Of a stretch of 64,000 bases of DNA, positions 57,046 through 64,000 are shown piece after piece. The translations under genes were made by a program, and so were the position numbers. The stretch comes from Candidatus Saccharicenans sp. (GTDB lineage Bacteria > Acidobacteriota > Aminicenantia > Aminicenantales > Saccharicenantaceae): contig JARYMJ010000002.1 of the NCBI GenBank assembly GCA_029907135.1, positions 10,897-74,896 on the forward strand, in the 5' to 3' direction. The first letter of the stretch is position 1. Each line of letters begins with the position of its first letter. A model generated the notes under the pieces. It saw only the letters and a program-made list of their open reading frames with translations. It did no database searches and was not told the DNA's origin.

Positions 57046-59221
57046 AGTAGGAGAATTTAACGAAATAATAGCGGCCGACAGTTCGGTAGCCGGTCTCCGG
57101 CAGCCATTCCCGGTGGTTTTCCACTCCCAGGTAGAAGCAGGTACCCGGGTTGAGCTCATAACCGATGAGCCCGCTCAGAAAAATTGTCCGGTAGTAGCTG
57201 TCGTAATCGGTGATGGTCCTGACAAACAGGCTCCGGCTGAACTGAAAATTAATCCGCTGACTGAGGATAGTCACCCTATAAACCAGGGGGCCGCGGCGCG
57301 ACTCGTAAAAATTAAGGTCTTCCAGACGCGAGGTGAGCACCAGGTTTTCCACCGGCCGGAAATTGAGCTCCCCTTGGAGCGACCGGCTGAAGCCCAGGTA
57401 TGGCTGCTCATCATAATAGATGGAGGAACCAACGCTGCCGCCTACCCGGCCGCTGAGCCACGCCAGCGGGGCCGAGAACAGACTGAACCTGAATTGCTTG
57501 GGCTTGAGGTCAACCCCGTTATACTTTTCAAAGGTGTCGCTGTAATTGAGAAAAAGAAAGCTCTGACGCCAGCCGCTTATCATCAGTGAGTAATCAACGT
57601 CAAGATCGGTCAACATACCACTGTAATCATAAATGCGGCGGTAGGAAATCGAAGGAGTCACCGAGATGAGGTAATCGTTCTCCGGGAGAAAGCTGTAGCC
57701 GGCCCTGAGGTTGAGAGAATGGATATCCTTCCTTCGCAGGAACCCCAGCCCGGCTTCAAACTCCGGGTGGACGCTGAACCAGTTGAGGGAAAAATTTAAG
57801 TGCCGGTCCTGGTGGTCGAAACCGAGATGCCAGGCCGGAGCCAGGGCCGTTTTTAATCCCTCTACCCGGCTTCTGGAACCAACTAATTGAAAGGCCAGCC
57901 GGTTGGTCTGAGTAATCTTGAACTGCCCGTCCATTCCCACCAGTCGATTATAATCAGAAAAAAGGGAGGACCCGACCAGACCCATTTCTTTATCAGCGGC
58001 GATAAAACCCAGGTAGGATTCAGAAAACAGGTCCTGCCGCAGGCGCAGCACATTATTCCAGGAACGGTAAGAGGTCAGTTCATCGAGCTCCGGGGCTCCG
58101 GGGATTTCAATGGCCGCGGGCCGGTCATCCAGGGCTGACATCACTCCGAAGCTGGTGTTTCCGAGCTTGCCGGTGACCTTGGCCGCCCAGACCGGGGAAA
58201 CAATCTTCCGGGAATAGAGAAGCTCAAACGGGGTATCAAAGATATCCTTGCCTTCCAGGAAAAAAGGCCTTTTTTCTGGATAATAAAGGGGGTAGCGCTG
58301 GTTGACTTCATTCTGGGGAATATCGGCTTCTATCTGACTGAAATCCGGGTTGAGAGCCAGGTCGGCGGTGACGTCCGAGGTAATCCCGTACTTAATGTTG
58401 GCCCCGAGCTCCGGCCGGAATTTATCGGCCAGGGCTTTGCCCCCCACCACCGCCGGCAGCAGCTCTAGGTTTTTGCCCCGCACCAGGTCCCGGTCGAGGC
58501 TCAGCTGCCCGGCTTGAATTAGAAGCCCGTTAATGTTCCGCGAACGAGGCGGCCAGTACAGGTCCTCATTTTTTCGGGGAATCTGGCGGCGGAGAATCAG
58601 CCCCCAGGATTGAACTTTCCTGTTGGGGAATCTCAGGGTCTTAAACGGTATGGCTATTTCTACCACGTAACCCCGGTCGGTAGTTCTGGCCGCAGACAGA
58701 AAATAGCCATTCCAGTTGCGGTCAATCCGGTCAAAACTCTCACTGCGGCCACGGTTGCGTCGGGGATTGGCTTCCACATAAATTCCATCAACCTGCACCC
58801 CCCGGGCATTGGCCTCGAAGACAAAAGCCCGCCTCCGGTCGTTAAAGGTATCGAGATAAACCGAAACCTTATCGTCACCCTGGACCCGGTCCCGCTGGCA
58901 GAGAGTACAGCGGATATCAGCCGGCCTGGAGTCAAGGCACTCGAAAGCGATATAGAAATTCTCGCGGTCAAAACCCAGGAATACGGTCGTCTGCTCAGTG
59001 GGTGGGGCCCCTTCCTGGGGCTCGTATTGCACAAACTCCCGGATAACAGTTGCTCCCAGCCACTCCGGGTTCCCCAGGATTCCGTCAATCTGAGGTGGCT
59101 TGGCCAGGAGCCCGGGCTTAATCTCAGGGCTGCCGGGCGAAGCGAAAGAAGGAGAAAGGCAGAGCCAGAAAACCAGAGCGGTAATGGCTGACAGTGGCCG
59201 AAGCGGGTTTCTGGGAGACAC
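57032..59221 (-). CDS. Large secreted/outer-membrane protein (729 aa). It has a CBM9-like/DUF5916-type N-domain and a beta-barrel-like C-terminal region.
   Basis: Signal peptide. Aromatic-rich beta-strand pattern. C-terminal aromatic end (FSYWWRV). It is the last gene of the efflux operon. Confidence 0.55.
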   Translation of the reverse strand: MSPRNPLRPLSAITALVFWLCLSPSFASPGSPEIKPGLLAKPPQIDGILGNPEWLGATVIREFVQYEPQEGAPPTEQTTVFLGFDRENFYIAFECLDSRPADIRCTLCQRDRVQGDDKVSVYLDTFNDRRRAFVFEANARGVQVDGIYVEANPRRNRGRSESFDRIDRNWNGYFLSAARTTDRGYVVEIAIPFKTLRFPNRKVQSWGLILRRQIPRKNEDLYWPPRSRNINGLLIQAGQLSLDRDLVRGKNLELLPAVVGGKALADKFRPELGANIKYGITSDVTADLALNPDFSQIEADIPQNEVNQRYPLYYPEKRPFFLEGKDIFDTPFELLYSRKIVSPVWAAKVTGKLGNTSFGVMSALDDRPAAIEIPGAPELDELTSYRSWNNVLRLRQDLFSESYLGFIAADKEMGLVGSSLFSDYNRLVGMDGQFKITQTNRLAFQLVGSRSRVEGLKTALAPAWHLGFDHQDRHLNFSLNWFSVHPEFEAGLGFLRRKDIHSLNLRAGYSFLPENDYLISVTPSISYRRIYDYSGMLTDLDVDYSLMISGWRQSFLFLNYSDTFEKYNGVDLKPKQFRFSLFSAPLAWLSGRVGGSVGSSIYYDEQPYLGFSRSLQGELNFRPVENLVLTSRLEDLNFYESRRGPLVYRVTILSQRINFQFSRSLFVRTITDYDSYYRTIFLSGLIGYELNPGTCFYLGVENHREWLPETGYRTVGRYYFVKFSYWWRV

Positions 59222-59238
59222 CCGGTCGTCTCTCCGTT

Positions 59239-60810
59239 TTAATCCTGGACGGTAAAATCAACCAGCTTCATGTTGCGGTTTTTAAGACTAAGGCCCAGAG
59301 CTCTCTCCAGGTTGGCCAGGGAAATGTTGTAGTCGATGATGGATTTGAGTTCGGTGGCCCGAGCATTGGCCAGGTCTCTCTGGTACATGAGGACTATATA
59401 GTTGGTGCTCTGACCGACTTTCAGCTTTTCTTCTTCGGCCGCCAGTTTCTTTTCCTGCAACTCTCGGGCTACCCGGTAGGCCTGAACTCTTTTCAGGTTG
59501 GCTTCGACATCACGCAGGGCGGTTTTGATTTCCAGGAGAGCCTGCTGTTCCTGGCGTTTCATGTTGAGCAGGGCCTGCTCCAGGTTGATTTTGGCCTGGG
59601 CGTAGGTGGTCCTGGAGACCACGTTGCTCAGCGGTATGTTCAGGCTGAGCCCGATGGACCAGTTATTGTATTTGAAATTCAGGGCATCTTTAATGGAATC
59701 ACTTCTGGGCCCCGGGATGGTCCCCACCACAATACCGGTCAGAGGATTATCATTCTGATAGATAATCCGGTCTCCAGAAATTCCCGGGCTCCAGTAGGAA
59801 GCGTTCAGGTTAAGTTGAGGTAATAACTGGTTTTTGGCTACCGACAGGTTGAACTGCTGGTTGCGGAGTTCAATCTGGACACTTCTCAGGTCGGGCCGGT
59901 TGGCCAGGGCGATGCTCAGGGCTTCCTCGAGCTGGATGGCTTTCTGTTCAAATCGGGGTTTATCAACAGGGATGATGGCTTCATATTGCTTTTCTTCTTC
60001 CTCACTCATGTTCATCAAGACCTTGAGCTGGTCTTCAGCGTTCTTGACGGCCAGTTCGGCCTGGATGATGTCGGCTTCCCTGGTGGCCACTTCTGATTGA
60101 GCACTTAAAATTTCGATCGGGGCCAGAGTGCCGATTTCCACCGAACGTTTATTCTTCTCCAGCAATTCCTGGGCCAGCTTCAGCGACTGCCGCCTGACTT
60201 CCAGGGTGTCGATGGCATAGGACAGTGCCCAGTAAGCTTGTTCCACCGAATAGACCATATCCATTAAAGTCTTTTCCAGCTGGGCCTGGGACACTTCCAG
60301 GCTGTTTCTGGCGATGATTATTTCCTTGCGGCTGATGTTATAACCGAAATTCTGGAGCAGTGGCTGGGTAAAGTCAAAGCGCAGGGTGCTGCCATAACGC
60401 GGGTTGATGGTCTGAAGCCTCTGGTTGGTGTCGTTTTTATAGGAGTCGAGGCTGATGTTCAGGCTGCCACCAAAAGGAATGGACTGAGAGATGCTGCCTG
60501 AAAGCGAATTGTATTTGGTCTGGGTGCTCTCGGCCGAGTCCAGCCAGGAATAGGAAGCGGTGTTGGTCTCTCTCTGGTTATAATTGAAGGATAGCGTGGG
60601 ATAATATTTTTCCCTGGCTTTAGACAGACTGGCCGAGGCCAGCTCCGGGCTCAACTCCTGAATGGCCACAGACAGATTATTTTTCATGGTCCGGATAATG
60701 CACTCTTCCAGGGTCAGCCGCAGGACCTTTTCTTCCTGGGCCTGAAGGCTACTGCCTGCCAGGACCAGAAATATCAAGATTAAACCCAGGCTTGTTATTC
60801 TTCTTTTCAT
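59239..60810 (-). CDS. TolC-family outer membrane efflux channel.
   Basis: Signal peptide. Duplicated OEP repeat structure. 523 aa. Confidence 0.85.
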   Translation of the reverse strand: MKRRITSLGLILIFLVLAGSSLQAQEEKVLRLTLEECIIRTMKNNLSVAIQELSPELASASLSKAREKYYPTLSFNYNQRETNTASYSWLDSAESTQTKYNSLSGSISQSIPFGGSLNISLDSYKNDTNQRLQTINPRYGSTLRFDFTQPLLQNFGYNISRKEIIIARNSLEVSQAQLEKTLMDMVYSVEQAYWALSYAIDTLEVRRQSLKLAQELLEKNKRSVEIGTLAPIEILSAQSEVATREADIIQAELAVKNAEDQLKVLMNMSEEEEKQYEAIIPVDKPRFEQKAIQLEEALSIALANRPDLRSVQIELRNQQFNLSVAKNQLLPQLNLNASYWSPGISGDRIIYQNDNPLTGIVVGTIPGPRSDSIKDALNFKYNNWSIGLSLNIPLSNVVSRTTYAQAKINLEQALLNMKRQEQQALLEIKTALRDVEANLKRVQAYRVARELQEKKLAAEEEKLKVGQSTNYIVLMYQRDLANARATELKSIIDYNISLANLERALGLSLKNRNMKLVDFTVQD

Positions 60811-60859
60811 GTTAACCTCCAGTTCTCTATGTTAACCATGGTTCTTTTTTCTTTCAAAA

Positions 60860-62086
60860 TCACTCGTAACGCAGGGCTTCTATAGGATCCAGCTTGGAGG
60901 CTTTCCGGGCCGGATAATAACCGAAAAAGATGCCGACCGAGGCGGCGAAGAAAAAGGCCAGCATGATGGACTCGGGGGTAACCACGGTGGTGATGTTGGC
61001 AAAAAGCGAGATATACTTCATCAACCGGGAGGCCCCCACCCCGACGATGATGCCGATCACCCCGCCGGTCACGCTGAGCACCACGGCCTCAATCAGGAAC
61101 TGCAGCAGAATATCGCGTTCGCGGGCCCCAACGGCCAGACGCACGCCTATCTCCCGGATGCGCTCGGTCACCGAGACCAGCATGATGTTCATGATGCCTA
61201 TTCCGCCCACGATCAGCGAAATGCCGGCAATCGAGCCCAGCAGGATGGTCATGATCTTGGTGGATTCGGCCGCGCTCTCGGCCACGTCGGCGATGTTCCG
61301 CACCTGGAAGTCATCCTCGGCTCCGGGGGCGATGCGGTGTCTTTCCCTCATCAGTTCTTCAATCTGCCTCTGGGCCTCGCTGGTCTTATCGGCCGAGACG
61401 GCGGCCACATCGATCGAGTTAATATAGTCAACCCCGCGCAGCCTGCGCATGACCGTGGTGTAGGGTGCGGCAATCATATCATCGCGGTTAAAAAACCCGC
61501 CCTGCTCGCCCTTGCTTTCCAGGACCCCGATAACCGTAAAAGGAATCTTATTTATCCTGATGGTCTTGCCGATGGGGTCCTCATCCTCGAACAGGTTCTG
61601 CTTGACCAGGCTGCCCAGGACGCAGACCTTGGCTCCCGAGGCCACATGGGATTCATCGAAGTAAACGCCCTCGACCACCTTCCAGTTCCTGATCTCCGGG
61701 AACTTCTCCCCCGTGCCCTGGATCTGCGTATTCCAGTTTTTGTTGGCATAGACCACCTGGGCCCTGGTGCTGATGGAAGGGGAGGTGGCCTTCACCGCGT
61801 CACAACGCTCCTCAATGGCTTTGGCATCATCCGGCTTGAGGTTGGTAAAACCGCCGAAGCCCGACTGCACGCCCCTGACGTTCCGGCTTCCCGGGTAAAC
61901 GAAGAGCAGGTTGGTACCCATGGAGGCAAACCTTTCCTCGATGCCTTTCTTGGCCCCCTCTCCGATGCTGACCATGGCAATGACCGCGGCCACGCCGATG
62001 ATGATGCCCAGGATGGTCAGGAAGGAGCGCATTTTATTACGGGCCAGGGCCCTCATTGATACTCTCAATATTCTTAAAATCTTCAT
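60860..62086 (-). CDS. MacB-type ABC transporter permease (MacB periplasmic domain plus FtsX).
   Basis: N-terminal TM (FLTILGIIIGVAAVIAMVSIG). Large periplasmic domain. C-terminal FtsX 3-TM bundle. The start is at the Met 1 nt after the upstream ATPase stop. Confidence 0.85.
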   Translation of the reverse strand: MKILRILRVSMRALARNKMRSFLTILGIIIGVAAVIAMVSIGEGAKKGIEERFASMGTNLLFVYPGSRNVRGVQSGFGGFTNLKPDDAKAIEERCDAVKATSPSISTRAQVVYANKNWNTQIQGTGEKFPEIRNWKVVEGVYFDESHVASGAKVCVLGSLVKQNLFEDEDPIGKTIRINKIPFTVIGVLESKGEQGGFFNRDDMIAAPYTTVMRRLRGVDYINSIDVAAVSADKTSEAQRQIEELMRERHRIAPGAEDDFQVRNIADVAESAAESTKIMTILLGSIAGISLIVGGIGIMNIMLVSVTERIREIGVRLAVGARERDILLQFLIEAVVLSVTGGVIGIIVGVGASRLMKYISLFANITTVVTPESIMLAFFFAASVGIFFGYYPARKASKLDPIEALRYE

Positions 62087-62087
62087 G

Positions 62088-62813
62088 TCATCCTCCACTG
62101 GCCGGAGCTTGGTCGCAGGCTCCCTGGGTAACTTCCTCGCCCACAATCTGGCCGTCCTTCAGGTACAGACGCCGCCTGGCGTAGGAAGCGATGACCGGGT
62201 CATGGGTCACCATGATCAGGGTGATGTTTCTTTCCTGGTTAAGCCGGCAGAAGATATCCATGATTTCGGCGCCGGTCTTGGAATCCAGGTTGCCGGTGGG
62301 TTCATCGGCCAGAATCAGAGTGGGGTCATTGACCAGGGCCCGGGCGATGGCCACCCGCTGCATCTGTCCGCCGGAGAGCTGGTTGGTCCGGTGATGCTCC
62401 CAGCCCTTGAGTCCAACCGCGGCCAGGGCGGTCATGGCCCTGTCCCTGGCTTCCTTGCTGCTGACATGAGAATAGACCATCGGCAGCTCCACGTTCTCCA
62501 GGGCGCTGGTCCGGCTGAGAAGGTTGAAGTTCTGGAAAACGAAACCTATCTTCCGGTTGCGGATGGCGGCCATCTCATCGCGGCTCAGCTTGGAAACGTC
62601 CACCCCCTCCAGGAAATACTGCCCGGAAGTCGGGCGGTCGAGCAAACCCAGGATGCTCATCAGGGTTGATTTCCCCGAACCGGAGGGTCCCATGATGGCC
62701 AGGAACTCAGAATAATTGACGCCGTAGGTGATGCCACGCAGGGCCTGAACCTGGGTTTCGCCGATCTGGTATATCCTGACGATGTTTTCGAGTCTGATAA
62801 TCTTATCGCTCAT
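62088..62813 (-). CDS. ABC transporter ATP-binding protein (MacB/LolD-type).
   Basis: Walker A (GPSGSGKST). Signature (LSGGQMQRVAIARAL). Walker B (ILADEPTGNLD). Confidence 0.9.
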   Translation of the reverse strand: MSDKIIRLENIVRIYQIGETQVQALRGITYGVNYSEFLAIMGPSGSGKSTLMSILGLLDRPTSGQYFLEGVDVSKLSRDEMAAIRNRKIGFVFQNFNLLSRTSALENVELPMVYSHVSSKEARDRAMTALAAVGLKGWEHHRTNQLSGGQMQRVAIARALVNDPTLILADEPTGNLDSKTGAEIMDIFCRLNQERNITLIMVTHDPVIASYARRRLYLKDGQIVGEEVTQGACDQAPASGG

Positions 62814-62838
62814 CTCAAGACCTGTCTTTATTACCTTA

Positions 62839-64000
62839 TTACCTTCGCGGCATCATGAAGAAAGCGCCGCCGGGAGGTCCCTGCTGGGTAGTCCGACTGC
62901 TGCTGGAACCGGTGGCGGTCATCAACCCGACTATCACTTCATCTCCCTCTTTCAGGTTATCGCTCTTTATCTCGGTAAAGGAATTATCGCTGACGCCGGT
63001 CCTGACGAAGACCACCTTGAGGTTGCCCTTCTCATCCAGCATCCAGACCCGGGAAGGCTGGCGGCGCTGGCCGCTCTGCCCGGCCTGGCCCCCGCCCATT
63101 CCGGCCCTCTGGCCCATCTGGCTGGGGTCGAACATTCTCTGTCCGCCCTGGCCGGCTCCAGGCCCGGCTTCCCCGCCGGCCTGCTGGCGTCTGGCGGCCA
63201 TTTCTTCAAAGGCCGCTCTCATTATCTTCTGCAGTTCTTCGGCCGAAAGCTCGGGTGTAAACCGCAGGGCGGCGTTGGGCACCCGCAGGACGTTTCTGGC
63301 CTCGCCGACGATGATGGAACAGGTGGCGGTCATACCCGGTAGCAACTTCAGGCTGGAGTTGTCGACATCGATGATGGCCGAGTAGCTGACCACGTTCTGG
63401 ACGGTCTGGGCCGAATAGCGGACCTGGCGGACCACTCCGTTAAAGGTTTCGTTCTGGTAGGATTCAACCGTAAACTTAACTTTCTGGCCTTCTTTCACCT
63501 TGCCCACGTCGGCTTCATCCACCAGGCATTCCACTTCCATCTTGGTCAGGTCGTTGGCAATTTCAAACAGCTTGGGAGCCTGGAAGCTGGCGGCCACCGT
63601 CTGCCCGACGTTGATGTTCCTGGAAATAACCACGCCGTCAATCGGCGAGCGAATGATGGCGTAGCTCAGGTCAACCTTGCTGGCTTCCAACTGGCTCTTG
63701 GCCTGTTCGGTGCGCGCTTCCTGGGAAATCAGGTCGGACTTGGCCTGAAGGTAATTGGCCTCGGCCTGTTCTTTTTCCTCAAAGGATATCAGGTTTTTCT
63801 CGAACAGGCTCAGGGCTCTTTCATATTTTTTCTGGGCGATTTCCAGGGCAATCTTGGCCCTTTCCAGGGAAGCCTGGGCACTCTGGTAGTTAGCTTCGTT
63901 CTGCTCGATCTTGGCCCTGAGCTGGGATTGGTCCAGTTCGGCCAGGATATCGCCCTTTTGCACCTTGGAATTAAAATCAACATAGATTTTTTCGATCTTG
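62839..64000 (-). CDS. MacA/HlyD-family periplasmic adaptor subunit. It is partial: the N-terminus lies beyond the window end.
   Basis: The reading frame is open to nt 64000. Coiled-coil hairpin region and HlyD_D23-like beta-barrel. A Gly/Gln-rich low-complexity insertion lies near the C-terminus. Confidence 0.8.
   Translation of the reverse strand, partial: KIEKIYVDFNSKVQKGDILAELDQSQLRAKIEQNEANYQSAQASLERAKIALEIAQKKYERALSLFEKNLISFEEKEQAEANYLQAKSDLISQEARTEQAKSQLEASKVDLSYAIIRSPIDGVVISRNINVGQTVAASFQAPKLFEIANDLTKMEVECLVDEADVGKVKEGQKVKFTVESYQNETFNGVVRQVRYSAQTVQNVVSYSAIIDVDNSSLKLLPGMTATCSIIVGEARNVLRVPNAALRFTPELSAEELQKIMRAAFEEMAARRQQAGGEAGPGAGQGGQRMFDPSQMGQRAGMGGGQAGQSGQRRQPSRVWMLDEKGNLKVVFVRTGVSDNSFTEIKSDNLKEGDEVIVGLMTATGSSSSRTTQQGPPGGAFFMMPRR

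Noticed and set aside
63049-63195. Repetitive ccggcc/ctggcc-rich DNA that could be mistaken for a repeat array.
   Set aside because: It is in-frame coding sequence: the Gly/Gln-rich low-complexity segment of the MacA adaptor. It has no spacer/repeat periodicity.

Overview
The window is a 64-kb bacterial chromosomal segment of moderately high GC, with about 50 densely packed protein-coding genes on both strands. I found no rRNA, tRNA, CRISPR array, transposase or prophage signature. Housekeeping genes dominate: gltX, an RlmB-like SpoU methyltransferase, gdhA, accA, hisS, aspS, pyrG, kdsC-like, phosphomannomutase, mannose-1-P guanylyltransferase, smpB and pdxA. There is a complete origin-proximal-type block on the minus strand (rpmH-rnpA-yidD-yidC-jag-mnmE-mnmG-parA-parB-bactofilin), but no dnaA or rsmG. 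A perfect 16-bp parS-like palindrome sits in the last codons of mnmG, just upstream of parA. The envelope and transport content is rich. It includes a POT peptide transporter, an APC permease, a fused ABC permease-ATPase, two tandem small beta-barrel OMP paralogs, and a secreted M16 peptidase pair. There is a czcCBA-type heavy-metal RND system preceded by a small His-rich ORF. A macA-macB-tolC operon ends in a large DUF5916-like secreted or outer-membrane protein. Five items looked most worth a second look. (1) An operon of a small signal-peptide 4-Cys peptide, a membrane NHL beta-propeller and a membrane TlpA-like CxxC thioredoxin, downstream of a 0.8-kb ORF-poor region. (2) An orphan radical SAM/SPASM enzyme with an N-terminal extension and a near-consensus sigma70 promoter. 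(3) A 1061-aa protein carrying a PEP-synthase-type nucleotide-binding domain but no recognisable phosphohistidine swivel domain, beside gdhA. (4) A divergent Hfq-like Sm protein translationally coupled to pdxA. (5) A repeat-rich 0.88-kb non-coding region between pyrG and the bactofilin-parBA operon. All calls rest on motif-level reading of the supplied translations; no database searches were run.
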